Origin: Octopus sinensis
Lineage: Eukaryota
Reading direction: 5' to 3'
DNA: 64,000 nucleotides
Assembly (NCBI RefSeq): GCF_006345805.1
Contig: NC_043007.1
Coordinates: 55,242,001-55,306,000 of the forward strand
Numbering within the stretch: the first letter of the stretch is position 1; each line of letters opens with the position of its first letter. Positions 14,121-27,330 of this stretch are shown piece by piece. The notes beneath the pieces are model-generated. The model was not told the DNA's origin, ran no database searches, and was given only the letters and a program-made list of their open reading frames with translations. The position numbers and the translations under genes are program-made.

Positions 14121-15407
14121 AGAAGCCGAAAACAATACAATGTAAATAGAAAATGTATCAAAAGAAAGTAGAGGACAACTCCGACAGCAAGTAAATGAAT
14201 GGATAGACTAAAGTTAAACCTTTTATTTAAAATATTCTCATTAATATCATACTCTATAATCACATCTTATCAAGACAATGTCAGCTTTTGTATTTAAAAG
14301 CATTTAGCCGAAAAGAAACCTACTTTCTATTTATTTCAGTCATAATTAGAAGGCAAAGAAAAAAAAAATAAACAAGAAAGAAGATATCGTATATATTATT
14401 TCGTTTAAGTGCTATGGTTTATAAAATAACGGATAATTATATATGTAGGAATGATCAAAAGGCTTTTGAAAACATTTCAGAAGCTTGCACAACAGATATA
14501 ACCATTATTTATAATTTACTTTAATCGTAGTTTATTTAATTTTGTATCAATACAGTAATTATTTCTACCTAGTCTAAAATATGGGAATAAAAACTTCATT
14601 GGAGGCTAATGTCATTTTGATAAATTTACGTACTGCATTCATTCTAGATTATATTAATTCTTTACCTTAAATCATGTTTACGGGATACCCCAACATAGGA
14701 TTATTCTCTTAAATTTCTTGCAACTTCGTGGTAAATTCAACGGTAATATCATTTATCTCAAATCTCAATCGATAATAGTAAAAACATAAAGAGAAATTTA
14801 ACTCTATATAGTTTATTGTTTATAAGCTCATGTTTACAATTTATCAACTACATCTCTATCTTTAATTTTTCCCAGCCAGTTATTGTTTTTTTTTAATGCC
14901 TATGCACGTGCATTTATATAAGTTTATAAATGCATACAGATAAATGTCACTCCAAATCAACCCATTCATCCATCCATCCATTCACCTACCTAGCCAGTTA
15001 TTTGTAAAATACACGTTGAAACAAACCATTAATAACACATAATTCGATGCTCGGGAGCTTATAAATCTTTTCTTTCTTTCTTACGCTATAACATTTATTA
15101 GTAAGTTACGACTGTTTTGATAATTAGTGGAATTGTAACACCAATTAATTACTGGGTTATATAAGAAAGAGTAATTATGTAAAACCACATAGCATTAATC
15201 GTAAAGGTAATACGGGTGTGAATAGTTGGATTTGGTTAAACACATTGAGAAAGTGAGGCTTAGAAGATCGGAGTAATAGATTAAACAGAAAATTGTTATG
15301 CTATCAAAGAAGCACCCAAGTGTAAGGGCCATGAAGACAAAGTGTCAACTTAATTCTAATTTGTTCGATCTATTGCAAACTGCTAGGACGACCAGCTGAC
15401 AGATTTA

Positions 15408-15546
15408 GTGGCTATGTGGTAAGTAGCTTGCTTACCAACCACATGTCCCGTTGCGTGGCGCCTTGGGCAAGTGTCTTCTACTATAGCCTTGGGCAGACCA
15501 AAGCCTTGTGAATGGATTTGATAGACGGAAACCGAAAGAAGCCCGT

Positions 15547-15618
<72 letters not shown>

Positions 15619-15833
15619 TAATAGGTTAAATGGGACATACCTGTCTTCACGGCCGAAACAGCTGTCAGCTACTATGTAAATGTATTTTCTATTTCTATTT
15701 CTATGTCTTGTTATATTTGTACTATATCAATGTATATTATCATTGCTGTGGTGTAATGGTTTAATAAAGTATTGATTGGGTATTATCTTATGGTTGATGA
15801 TTGATTTAGGTATGTTTCTCCATTTTCTCATTT

Positions 15834-15895
<62 letters not shown>

Positions 15896-16120
15896 TGTGT
15901 GTTTGTATTTGAGTGTCTGTGTTTATCCTCCAACATCGCTTGACAACTGATACTGGTGTGTTTACGTCCCCGTAACTTAGCGGTTTGGTGAAAGACATCC
16001 GATAGGATAAGTACTAAGCTTACAAAAATAAAGTACTGGGGTCGATTTGCTCGACTAAAGGCGTTGTTCCAGCATGGCCGCAGTCAAATGACTGAAACAA
16101 GTAAAAGAATAAAAGAATAT
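15408..16120 (+). mobile_element. SINE family A interrupted within its internal (TA)n by a ~220-bp insertion
   Basis: 5' half 15408-15550, (TA)n, foreign sequence 15616-15835, (TA)n, 3' half 15893-16120. Confidence 0.85.
15616..15835 (+). mobile_element. Probable solo Penelope pLTR fragment with a degenerate hammerhead
   Basis: tggct...ggtt...ggcc-GAAA-CAGCTG-TC-agcta: helix III, the GUC site and helix I pairing are present, but the CUGANGA core is lost. Flanked by (TA)n. Confidence 0.5.
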
Positions 16121-17296
16121 ATACTAACAGAGAGGTAAACAATTTAAGATATAAGGTGGAGCTATTGAAAAGACGATAGATATTCTTGGAAGTATTATTA
16201 ATAGGTGAAAAATATATATATGTATATAAATATAAACAGAAAAACTAAGACATAGATAAGATTTGAAAGAAGCACAATTAGAATAAAGCTACAGAATAAA
16301 GCTATAAGTCATCTACCATAATTATGGGTAGATATCATTTGATCATTTACAATTGAAATTAAATAAATTCGCAAGTTACACAATAAATTATTTGTTATGT
16401 AGGAAATAATTTAAGCATGAAGTATTAGGATGTAAGAGGGTATTTTAAATAGAATCTCCTGTGATAAAGTTGGAGGAACATAAAGCGAGAATATATGATC
16501 AATAATTACGCATATAAATTAGACCAGACTTAACTTTAACAACTTATAATGCTCTCATAGAACATATTACAGCTAGCCTACTCTCTTTGTATGGAAGTGT
16601 AGTACGTATAATTTACCACGAAATTGATATTCTAGATAAATACACAAATCAAATGCATAACAACTATCGAGTATCAATCTTCCCTTTACACTAGATATGC
16701 TAATGCAGTTAGATGCTTCATGCTCTTAAGTTCTTAATTAGCATTTTCCAAAGCCCATGGGCATAATTAGTTCTTTAACGTTCATAAGCTTATTGTTACT
16801 TAATCATGCAAAGATAATATGGCTTCAAGCACCACGCGCTATAACAGAAAGGAAGAAACAATACGTACTCAAACAAGCTTTATCCCATAACCCAGCCTAT
16901 ACCACTCAAAATTCCACAGCCGAATACTGGAAGGATTTTGCACAACAAAGGTTGTGGCCTATGGAGTTACGCGCACACCGTCTGATGGTCATTAAGTGTT
17001 CTGTTGGCTGCGCCAACGATTTTGCCATCCCAATGCCCTGCAGCAATGACTATGCAGATAATACACCTAATACTATGTATAACAGTTGGAATCAAAATTA
17101 CTGTCGTATATATAATCAATGTCTTTCAAATAATTAATATAAATAATAAAAATAAATTAATATAAATGCTCTGTTATTACATAGGCGCCACAGTGGTTAA
17201 ATTCAAACTCAGATACATAGTCATATACATTCTTTTATTAATAAAAGGTAAGTTCTAGGCACTACGCTAGCTAAATTTCTCTAATATCTCAGAGTA

Positions 17297-17358
<62 letters not shown>

Positions 17359-17404
17359 TGTGTGTGTATGTGTGTGTGTGTATGTATGCATGTATGTAAG
17401 TATG

Positions 17405-17476
<72 letters not shown>

Positions 17477-17641
17477 CTGAAACAAATATTATTGACAGTG
17501 GCTTCGTAGTTTTGGTTAGCTAAGCAAGCTGGCCGAAACATCGAGGTTACTGCCGATGAAATTGTTGTTTAATTTTGCACACACACAAAAGTATAGTGTA
17601 ACCCTTTAGATTAAATTAAAATTGATTTTAGTATAACTGAA

Positions 17642-17708
<67 letters not shown>

Positions 17709-17709
<1 letters not shown>

Positions 17710-18070
17710 GAGCGCCGTCCAATGGACGGTGCTGAGTTGTCAAAGATTAAAACCAAATTTTCTCAAAACAACTTGTCCGACCGTCCCATTTTGTGGCATT
17801 ATTTTAAACCAGGCGGCTTTTTTGTGCAAACTGCACGTGCATTTTTGTCGCGTACGCGTACTATCGATCGCAACAACCGATGTACTTGCGCGTACAAATG
17901 CACGTTCTCACGGCTTTATCGATCGCATTCTCACTTGGAATCGATTTTTGTAATTTTTTCAAGACTGATACACGCCCTGATACCGTCGGTATCTACACAT
18001 CAAATTTGAGCGCAATTGGATGGAAGATGCCCGAGATCCTAGAAGACACACAGACAGACAGAACGGATTT

Positions 18071-18080
<10 letters not shown>
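17709..18080. mobile_element. Non-autonomous Helentron/DINE-1-like (HINE-like) element in (TA)n
   Basis: Terminal hairpin agcgccgtcc-aat-ggacggtgct. The other end is caaatttgagcgcaattgg...acacacagacagacagaacggattttatataata, an architecture resembling DINE-1/Lep1-type elements; no coding evidence. Confidence 0.5.
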
Positions 18081-18131
<51 letters not shown>

Positions 18132-18221
18132 CATACATACATACATACATACATACATACATACATACATACATACATACATACATACATACATACATAC
18201 ATACATACATGCATACATACA

Positions 18222-18550
18222 TTATGGCTGCCCCTCGTTATCGAGTATGGCCATTGCACGAAGCTTAACTGTTACTGGTGCTGTGATCGAATGTGACTTT
18301 TTAGCCCAGCTAAAGATCTACAATGTCTTGTACAGAATTGGCAACTAAAACCTTTACCGGTAATAGCCGGCTGTAGTTGTAACTGGGCTTCATGTATCTT
18401 TGTATGTCGTTTAAGTCCTCCTGCCGAATTACACTCTCCTCCACATGCCCGACAGATATGATTAGTATGGTGTGTTACACCACTACCAGTGGCCAGGTTG
18501 TAACTCATCTGTCTCGCTTTATGACTACGAAGATGACTCTTGAGTCCAGC

Positions 18551-18553
<3 letters not shown>
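18222..18553 (-). mobile_element. 3' end of an RTE-clade LINE encoding tandem C2H2-like zinc fingers, with (TATG)n tail
   Basis: ORF 18272-18748 non-repetitive part: (C)KAGLKSHLRSH...CRACGGECNSAGGLKRHTKIH...[23 protein letters not shown] short 3'UTR ends ggggcagccataatgtatg; (ATAC)n on both sides. Confidence 0.7.
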
Positions 18554-18582
<29 letters not shown>

Positions 18583-19101
18583 CATACATACATACATACA
18601 TACATACATACATACATACATACATACGTACATACATACATACATACATACATACATACATACATAGAGATGTATTTATATATGTATGTATGCATGCATG
18701 CATGTATGTACGTACACACCTATATACACACACATATAAAGAGCACAAAAGATGTTTGAAACTTATGACAGCTGTTTGGGGGAAATTTATTGATGTTTTT
18801 ATAGATCACGTCATGACATAGCATCCGCCATTTTCAGGCAAAATTTCAAATAGGTATGAAATAGGCGAGGTAATTTCTTGATCATGACGAATCCAAGCAA
18901 CATTGTTCTTGTATTACTAACGCCATACCTAGATTCAACCTTGAATCGGGTCTGCGGTCTAAACTGGATTTGGTATATACAGTATCCTACCAGCATTGTT
19001 GTTTTACCAAATTTAGAAACCTAAGTTAAGGTACATAGCCATTTCTGGCATCTTATGTGTCATTGTTCCTAGGTTCTAGTCAATCCTGTACCTAATGTAT
19101 G

Positions 19102-19135
<34 letters not shown>

Positions 19136-19221
19136 TGTATGTATGTATGTATGTATGTATGTATGTATGTATGTATGTATGTATGCATGTATGTATGTAT
19201 GTATGTATGTATGTATGTATG

Positions 19222-19273
<52 letters not shown>

Positions 19274-19274
19274 A

Positions 19275-20040
19275 TCTCCATTCACGACTACCTACACACA
19301 CATAACCCCATTACTAAAATTAACTCTACAGCCACTGACCGTAACCAGAATGGACACAAGCATTTACTGCTAGATTTCTTGACCCATCCCTATAGACTAG
19401 AAGAATATCACTGGCACCTACTACTCTCTTTAAATCCATTTCATTTTGCCCTATTTTGTTTATTTTTTACGTTATCTTCCTCTGCCCCTCCTCCTTTCTC
19501 TTATCTTCTTGGCTATCTTTGTGCACTATATTCTTAGACACTATGTTTATATACCCTACTTATCCTTAAGACCAATCCTTAACTTCCCCTCTCACTCTAT
19601 CTACCTCTCTTTCTATTTATTTAATTTTTTTCTTTTTACCACTTAACAACCACCTTCGCTACCATTCTGTTATTGAACGTTGATATGTTCGCATCTTTTA
19701 CTGGCTACTTACAATATCAGGACTTTAACCCACATTAATTTGCGCAGGATTGCACCTGAGGACTTATGGACTTATTTCTACAAGATCGGAAAGTTGAACT
19801 GTGAACTTTTATGTTTCTTTCTCCTCTTTATTCATCTCCTTATTCCTCTACTCCTGTACTTTATATCGTCATTTCATTAATCTACACCATTCTCATTTTC
19901 CCTAGTTGTCTCTGATGAATATTGCATACGCTGGAATATCCTAGAAACAGCTGTAAGACTTTGAGTTTTTTCCGATAATAATAATGTATATGACTTGAGA
20001 TCTTTGCCTTGCCTTAGTATTTGTTGTCCTCTTTAACAAT
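19275..20040 (+). mobile_element. Degraded Penelope-like element 3' end plus pLTR
   Basis: Weak GIY-YIG-tail-like peptide (SIHDYLHTHN...HPYRLEEYHWHLL), a pyrimidine-rich 3' region, then a hammerhead motif at 19908-19959. Confidence 0.55.
19908..19959 (+). ncRNA. Type I hammerhead ribozyme motif (slightly damaged helix II)
   Basis: GTCT-CTGATGA-ATATT gcatacgctgg AATAT ccta-GAAA-CAGCTG-TA-AGAC; helix I GTCT/AGAC, palindromic helix III, GUA site. Confidence 0.65.
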
Positions 20041-21429
20041 TATATATCCGCTATATCGGAAATCTGCAATGGCTCCATAACTACCGTCTCGGCTATAACC
20101 TTGGAGCTCCAGTAATCCGTTACAGCGCTTACCTAGCGTACCTAATCGTTTAGTTTTCCTGTGAATTAAACCCCTATATTTTGTATCTATCTGTCTAACT
20201 ACTTGTCTGTCTGACCGTCCGTTAGTCTGTCTGCCTATCTATACATTTTTGGACATCTGAAAATAAATAGACACCATACACACACACACTCACACACAAA
20301 CAAACACACTCTCTCATATGGACATATATATGTATAGGAAGTTTTGGTTTTGTATATTTAAAAAATTTTAAAGATGTAACCAGTTTCACAGATTTCTCTG
20401 ATTTTTAAAAGTTGAGCGTGAAAGATCTGGAGCTATATTACAACTGCATTGCTTCTGATTGCAATTCAAAAAGTGTCTTGTTTTTGTAGAGAGAACATGA
20501 ATGGACATATTTGGATACGTTTTGAATGGCCAAGAATGATCACGTGATCAAACTACGTCGTGTGACAATATGTTTGGAGTCGTTAGTTAAAGCTGTCACA
20601 GGTGACTGAACGTGTCTAGTGGCAATCCCAGTCACGGCTGTCTGAACTTCATCTGTCAAATGTGGTAGAGATAGATCCCGTGATTAGGTGTAATCTTAGA
20701 AATTTTTGTAGGTTCCCCACTACGTCCGTGCGTTGATATGTGACAATATGTTTTGCACCGAAAATGAACACTGGCACGGTTGAATGGACATGTCTATTGA
20801 CAGTCACAAAGTAAGATTCTCTAAATTTAATATGTCGAATGGCAGATTGGACAGTTGTTTCTATGTAGTCTAGTGGTTGAATAGTTAGGTTTGTGTTTAT
20901 ATATGCAGGCATCAAGTTTAGCTATTTAATGTCTTTTGTCTAACCATGACTGTGTCCAAAGCTTAGGGTTGTTAGCTGTATAAATCCAACATGTCAAACA
21001 ATAGAATGATTTTGTGTGTGAAGAAAAATTTATAGAAAAGTACAAACCGAGACTGAATAAACTTTAACAAACTACATTCACGATCAACTATTCACAATAA
21101 TTTCTAAAACCTGATCACATGATCCTCATCGACCAATCAAAACATACTCAAACGTGTCCAACCATGTTCTCTCTATAAAAATAAGGCAATTTTTGAACAA
21201 TATTCAGAAGCAAGGAAGTTGCAGCATAGCTCCAGGCCTTTTTCTCTCAACTTTTAAAATTCAGAGAAATCTGTTACCGGTTAAGCCTTCAAAAGTTCAA
21301 ACCCCATGGCATTTTCAACTTATTTTTTCTATGTTTCTACCCGTGTAGAATAAAATGACTTTGCTATGTATATATATATTTTTCTTTCAGGATTAACTAA
21401 AAAGACAACGAACGGAAAATATGATGTAC

Positions 21430-21486
<57 letters not shown>

Positions 21487-21519
21487 AAAACGTGTAGTAA
21501 ATAAATATACGAATATATA

Positions 21520-21930
21520 GGCGCGGGCGTGGCTGTGTGGTAAGTAGCTTGTTACCAACCACATGGTTCCGGGTTCAGTCCCACTACGTGGCACCTTGGG
21601 CAAGTGTCTTCTACTATAGCCTCGGGCCGACCAAAGCCTTGTGAGGGGATTTGGTAGACGGAAACTGAAAGACGCCCGTCGTATATATGTGTATATATGT
21701 AGGCGTGTGTGTGTTTGTGTGTCTGTGTTTGTCCCCCTAGCATTGCTTGACAGCCGATTCTGGTGTGTTTATGTCCCCGTTACTTAGCGGTTCGGCAAAG
21801 GAGACCGATAGAATAAGTACTGGGCTTACAAAAGAATAAGTCCCGGGGTCGAGTTGCTCGATTAAAGGCGGTACTCCAGCATGGCCGCAGTCAAATGACT
21901 GAAACAAGTAAAAGAGTAAAAGAGTAAAAA
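21520..21930 (+). mobile_element. tRNA-derived SINE family A, full length
   Basis: ggcgcgggcgtggctgtgtggtaagtagcttg...ggttccgggttcagtcccact...aagtaaaagagtaaaagagt. Confidence 0.92.
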
Positions 21931-22694
21931 GTGTACTACATACATAGACGAACAGAAAACACAGAAGGTCACCATCTCCTGTTCGGTTATCGACCAGAGG
22001 GTCAAGCGCAATTTCGGCCATTATCGATAATATTGCTTCCACTCTGGAGGCATCAGCAAGAAACTTGCCGGGAATGAGGCCAAAAGATAACAAAATGCGA
22101 TGAGCTCGAGACGAGACCGTTAGTGGACGGACGAGGGACAAAACAATAAACGGAATAAAGGCATAGAGCCAAACGAAGACAATAATTGAAATGATAATAA
22201 TACACCTAATAAAATGTTCTTTACTTATTTAATTTATCGTAGGGAGAATTCCGTAATAAATATGGAGATAAACCTAGAGGTACAATAATTACAACCTATA
22301 CAGGTTGTAGCTTTAAGTTTCTAAATTAAGTAAGACCCTGATGCTTAATTTGTATATCTATTGTAATTTGTATACCTATTGTTGTTATATCTTATTATAA
22401 TAGCAAAAGATTGTCTTCGACCTAAACGAGTTTGGATTAATATTATTTGAGATAGATAGAAATATATTTAGATAGTTTTAGATTCTATTTACTTAATTAT
22501 TTTGTCCGTTATAATTTTGTTGTTTTCTTAATTGTAACTGTTATGTAGTCGAAAAGTTAACGCTTACGATAATAATATATAAGCATTCGATAGCCCCCAC
22601 TGTGGGCAATAAAGAAATTCACAGGCATTTGAATTAGTTTTTTTTTACAATGCAGCCATCCTGTCACACGAAATTTCGCCTATCTTTAAACCTT

Positions 22695-22774
22695 AGCTCT
22701 GATGAGACTTATGTAAGTTAATTGAATTGTTTATATATCAAACAATGTATATAAGACGAAACAAATTGTTGGCT
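22695..22774 (+). ncRNA. Type I hammerhead ribozyme motif with extended helix II
   Basis: AGCT-CTGATGA-GACTTATGTA...TATATAAGAC-GAAA-CAAATTG-TT-GGCT; G10.1-C11.1, an inner hairpin attgttt/aaacaat, GUU site. Confidence 0.7.
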
Positions 22775-23013
22775 TTTTGTTTTTTTCATGATTTTTTATG
22801 TTATCATATATCATATTACATTATATTCATAGTATATTAAGTTATATTATAATATAAATAAATTATTGGATTGTCAATTCTATCTCTGTATTTAATTTAT
22901 TGTTTGTTGTTTGCATAATACCCATATTTATGTGGTATTCAACTGACGTACCAGGGGATTGGACGTTTTACACACCCCTTTGAAGGAATTCCTTTCCTTA
23001 GTTTGTTAATTTA

Positions 23014-23084
<71 letters not shown>

Positions 23085-23560
23085 GTGTTGTGTGCGTGCG
23101 TGTGTGTGTGTGTGTATGTATACATGTATATAAGTGTGTATAACCATAGGTAATTATACACTAAAAGGAAAACCACTAAGTGATTTCCTTACATGCTGAA
23201 AGATGTTCAAAGGCAACTCGAAGAAGAATGACATCGCCTAGCACCGTCATAGATCACTAGATAGTGGGAGGAGGGTAAGAGAGAGAGAGAGAGTGAGGGG
23301 GAGAGAGGGAGAGAGAGGGAGAGAGAGGGAGAGAGAGGGAGAGAGAGAAAACGGAAATTAAGAGAAGCAAAATGAAGGAAAGCGACAGAGTGACAGAAAA
23401 ATATTCCAAGACTATCTCTACAAATGGGTAAAAAAAATGAGTGTGTGCGTTACATAAATAATATTTTTAGGATTAAATAAATATATATATATATACATAC
23501 ATACATACATACATACACACACGCACACACACACTCACACACACACATATATATATATAT

Positions 23561-26379
23561 AAAGGGAAAGTTTACGAAAATAAACAAAAGACGAAGGCTG
23601 GTGGAGTACAAACAAACAAATGTATTAGTATACCGCTCAGGAATAGAAATAGAAAAAGTCTTTACGTTTCGAGCCTACGCTCTTCGGCAGAAAGATACAC
23701 AGAAAAAAACAAGGAGAGAAAAAAATGCGTGTAGGAGCTAACGATCTATCATGGCGTCCTGACTTCGGACAGTGGTCAGACACATGAGATAACAGGGTCA
23801 AGTGACTTCCAATACGAAGGTGCCCCCAACACAAAGGTGCGTGTGTGTATAAGAGAGTATGTATGTGCGTGTGAAAGAGGGCTGGTGGTCTGGACGTGTG
23901 TGTGTATGTATGTGTGGGTGTGGAGATGTGGGGATGGGTGTGTGGGCAGTGTGCTGTGGGTGGTGTGTTGTGATGTGATGTGTAATGTTGTATGGTGTAG
24001 TGTAGTGTGGTGTGATGTTGTGGGGAGGTTGGGGAGGCGAGAGTGGGAAAGCACAGGTGGGGTGTAGATTCGGCTGGGGGTTGGGGTAGAGTGGGGGTTG
24101 TGGGTAGGTAGAGGGTGGGGTTAGAGGTGAGGTATAGGGTGGAGGGGTATGGGATATGGGTGAGGTATGTGGGGGAGAGGTGTGGGATAGGGGTGATGTA
24201 GGTAGGGGAGGGTGTGGGGTAGAGTGGGGGAATGGGTGGAAAGGATAGGGAAGGTGGAGTAGGGGTGGGTGGGTTTATGGGGGTAGGGGAAGGTGGGTAT
24301 ATGAGGAGAGAGAGGAGGAGAGAAGGGGGGCGGGGGGGGGAGGAGGAGGGGAGGGAGGGAGGAGGGGAGGGGATGGTGTAGGAGGAGGGATGGGAGAGAA
24401 GGAGGGAGGGGAGAGTAGGGGAGTGAGGGAGCAGAGAGAAAGAGAGAAGGGGAAGAGGGAAGAAGAGAGAAGAAGAGGGAGAAGAGGGAAGAAAGGGGAA
24501 GAAGGGAAAGAAGGGAAGAAGAGGGAAAGAGAGTAGGGGTGAAAATAGGTAGGAGTAAAGAGAAATATGAGTCGGGGAGGAGGTTTGATGAAAAGGGGGG
24601 CGAGTTGAGGCCAAATTGCGTAAAAGAGCGAAGAGAGAAGATTAATCCCTGTTCACGGCGCAAACGGGAATCCGGATGGCCTCTGTGCAAGGACAATCCG
24701 AATACAGACAGGTGTTGCAAGGAGTGACCGGTGGAGCGAAAATGGCGTGAGACTGGAGTGTCATTGGCGAGGTGGATGTCTCGGAGGTGTTCCGCGAACC
24801 GGTAAGCCAAGCAGCGTCCCGTTTCTCCGATGTACAGGGAATGGCAGAAAGAGCAGAAGATGCAATAGATGATATTGCTGGAGGTGCAGGTGAAGGGGTC
24901 GATGATGCGATAGGGTCGATGATGGGTGCCGGTGAGGAGGGTGGTGTTGGAGAGGTAAGGGCAAGTGCGGCAACGTGGGCGGGAGCAGGGGAACGAGCCA
25001 GGTTGGGAGGTAGGGTTGGGGAAGAAGCTGTGGACCAAGAGGTCTCGTAGGTTATGGGCTCGTTTGAAGGAGGGGAGGGGTCGGTTAGGGAAGAGGTGTG
25101 AAGTGGACTGGGGATGCCGGAAAGCTCGAAGAATGGTGCGTTGGAGAGGTAGGGTGGTGAGGTGGTACGCGAGGGGAAAGGGAGGCGGGAGACTGCAGGG
25201 CGGGTTCGGGGGGAGAGAGCAGATGCACGGTCTACAGAACGTGCTCTGGCAAGGGCGGTGTGGACAGTGGTGAGGGGGTATCACGTAGCATGAAATGGCG
25301 AAACATGAGTTGAGACTGAGTCTCAAAGTCATGGTCGTCACTACAGAGCCTACGTAGACGGAGGAATTGGGAATAGGGGATGGAAAGCTTGGTGTGTTTG
25401 GGGTGGGAGGAAGAGAAGTTTAGGTATGAGTGTGAGTCTGTGTGTTTGTAGTGAATGGCGGTGGTAAGAGTGGAGTGATGAATGCTGACCGAAATGTCAA
25501 GAAAGGAGACAGAGGTGTTGGAGATAGTGCAGGTGTAGTGGAGGGCAGGATGGAAGGATTTAACGAAAGAGAGGAAGGAGTCTAGATGTTCGCGGGAGAG
25601 TGAAGTGGCACCGATACAGTCGTCAATGTAAGGACCATATAGTTCGGGAGTGGGACCAGTGAAATTAGAGAATATTTGGGCCTCAACATAGCCAACGAAC
25701 AGGTTCGCATAGTTGGGGCCCATTCGCGTTCTCATGGCCACTCCCGAGACTTGTGGTAGAACTCGCCCGCGAACGAGAAGCAGTTAAGAGAAAGGACAAG
25801 TTCGGCCAGACGAATGAGTGTGGAGGTGTCGGGTTCGGGGTTGGGGCGGAGGTCGAGAAAGTGTTGAAGTGCACGCAGTCCTTCGTGGTGAGGGATGACG
25901 GTATAGAGGCTCTGGATGTCCATTGTAAAGAGGAGTTTGGAGGAGCCAGGAGGAAAAGAGAAAGAGTTGAAAAGCCGGAGAGCATGGTTGGTGTCGTGAA
26001 TGTGAGAGGGAAGAGACGCCACTAGGGGAGCAAGGACACGGTCGAGGTATTTTGAGATAAGCTCGGTGGGGCAGTTACAGGCAGAGACGATGGGGCGGCC
26101 AGGGTTGTTGGGTTTGTGGATTTGGAGGAGGAAGTAAATGGTGGGAGTGCGTGGGGTTCGGACAATAAGGTTGGATGCGGTGTGGGGGAGACAGAAGGAC
26201 GAGATGAGGTCGTGGACGGTAGAGGAGACCGTATGTTGGTAGCTAAGCGTGGGGTCAGAGGACACAGGGGAGTAGAAGGAGGTGTCATTGAGTTGGGGGA
26301 GCGCCTCGGCCCTGTAGAGATCCGCGCTCCACACCACCACAGCTCCACCCTTGTCGGCCGGTTTAATGACAATGTCAAT
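23561..26379 (-). mobile_element. 5'-truncated Penelope-like retroelement (Neptune-type) with 3' pLTR, inserted in (TA)n
   Basis: Begins IVIKPADKGGAVVVW at ~26379. RT, thumb, Cys linker and GIY-YIG follow, then a long C/T-rich 3' region and a pLTR with a degenerate hammerhead (TCTTT-CTGccGA-a-GAG cgtagg CTC-GAAA-CG-TA-AAGA, ~23658-23697). (TA)n on both sides. Confidence 0.92.
24560..26379 (-). pseudogene. Penelope RT + GIY-YIG polyprotein, two frameshifts
   Basis: Spread over ORFs 25732-26340 (IHKPNNPGRPIVS, TMDIQSLYTVIP), 25232-25741 (MGPNYANLF, YIDD, FLD, SIPYSQFLRLRRLCS) and 24121-25341 (FPCSRPRCRTC; NIIYCIFC..C..LYIGETGR....RFAEH). Confidence 0.92.
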
Positions 26380-26741
26380 ATATATATATATATATATATT
26401 TATAATAAGAGTAGATCGTATACGAGTGGGTATATATTTGTAAAAAAGAAGTTTGAAAACTCCACTATATTAGATAAATTTTAATTTTCTTATGAATTTT
26501 ACATGTTTCGGTTCTTGAAAAAACGAACCTTATCAAAAATATTATAAAAAGTGTAATGGAGAAGGAAATTATGAATTTATGAAGGAAATTATGAATTTTC
26601 TGTTTAATTCCGAAATGGAATCGGCAGCTTATATTTGCTGCCGATAAATTTGGCGCGAGTACGATGATTTGAAAATTTTAGGTCAGATATAGCCGAGACA
26701 GTAGTGGTGCTGCCTCGTGAAAATATCTGTCCCGTCTGGCT

Positions 26742-26846
26742 TACTTTACTGATGAATCTATTGGCCTATGGAAGATTAGCTTGATTTAATTTAATCAGGT
26801 TGATTTGCCATTAAAAAATAGACGAAACGATGCATTGTATAAAGTA
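26742..26846 (+). ncRNA. Type I hammerhead ribozyme (copy 1 of the 484-bp unit)
   Basis: TACTTTA-CTGATGA-ATCTATT...AATAGAC-GAAA-CGATGCATTG-TA-TAAAGTA; 7-bp helix I, long helix II, palindromic helix III, GUA site. Confidence 0.82.
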
Positions 26847-27225
26847 TTACAGGGTAAATGTTTTTTTAAATTTTCTCCTGGTTTACGGAATTAATATTAT
26901 TTTGCGGTTGAAGCCTTGGCTGCTATTTCTAGTGGGTTGAACGGCCTATTATGGCCGTTCCTTAATTTTGCTGTTGAATTTATTAATAGTCTCTGACTAT
27001 TTACTTTTTTCCCACTAGGCCGCTGGTGGCAAATAATTTCTGCTGAATTTTTTGCCACCCTATATTGATTAATTAGGAATTTTCTGTTTAATTCCGAAAT
27101 GGAATCGGCAGCTTATATTTGCTGCCGATAAATTTGGCGCGAGTACGATGATTTGAAAATTTTAGGTCAGATATAGCCGAGACAGTAGTGGTGCTGCCTC
27201 GTGAAAATATCTGTCTCGTCTGGCT

Positions 27226-27330
27226 TACTTTACTGATGAATCTATTGGCCTATGGAAGATTAGCTTGATTTAATTTAATCAGGTTGATTTGCCATTAAAA
27301 AATAGACGAAACGATGCATTGTATAAAGTA
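27226..27330 (+). ncRNA. Type I hammerhead ribozyme (copy 2 of the 484-bp unit)
   Basis: Identical motif 484 bp downstream. Confidence 0.82.

Noticed and set aside
23637-24614. 325-aa Pro/Ser-rich ORF
   Set aside because: A by-product of the stop-poor C/T-rich Penelope 3' region; no domain.
26485-26545. Hammerhead on the minus strand (GGTTC/GAACC-GAAA-CATG-TA)
   Set aside because: The core reads TTGATAA and helix I is weak; at best a dead relic.
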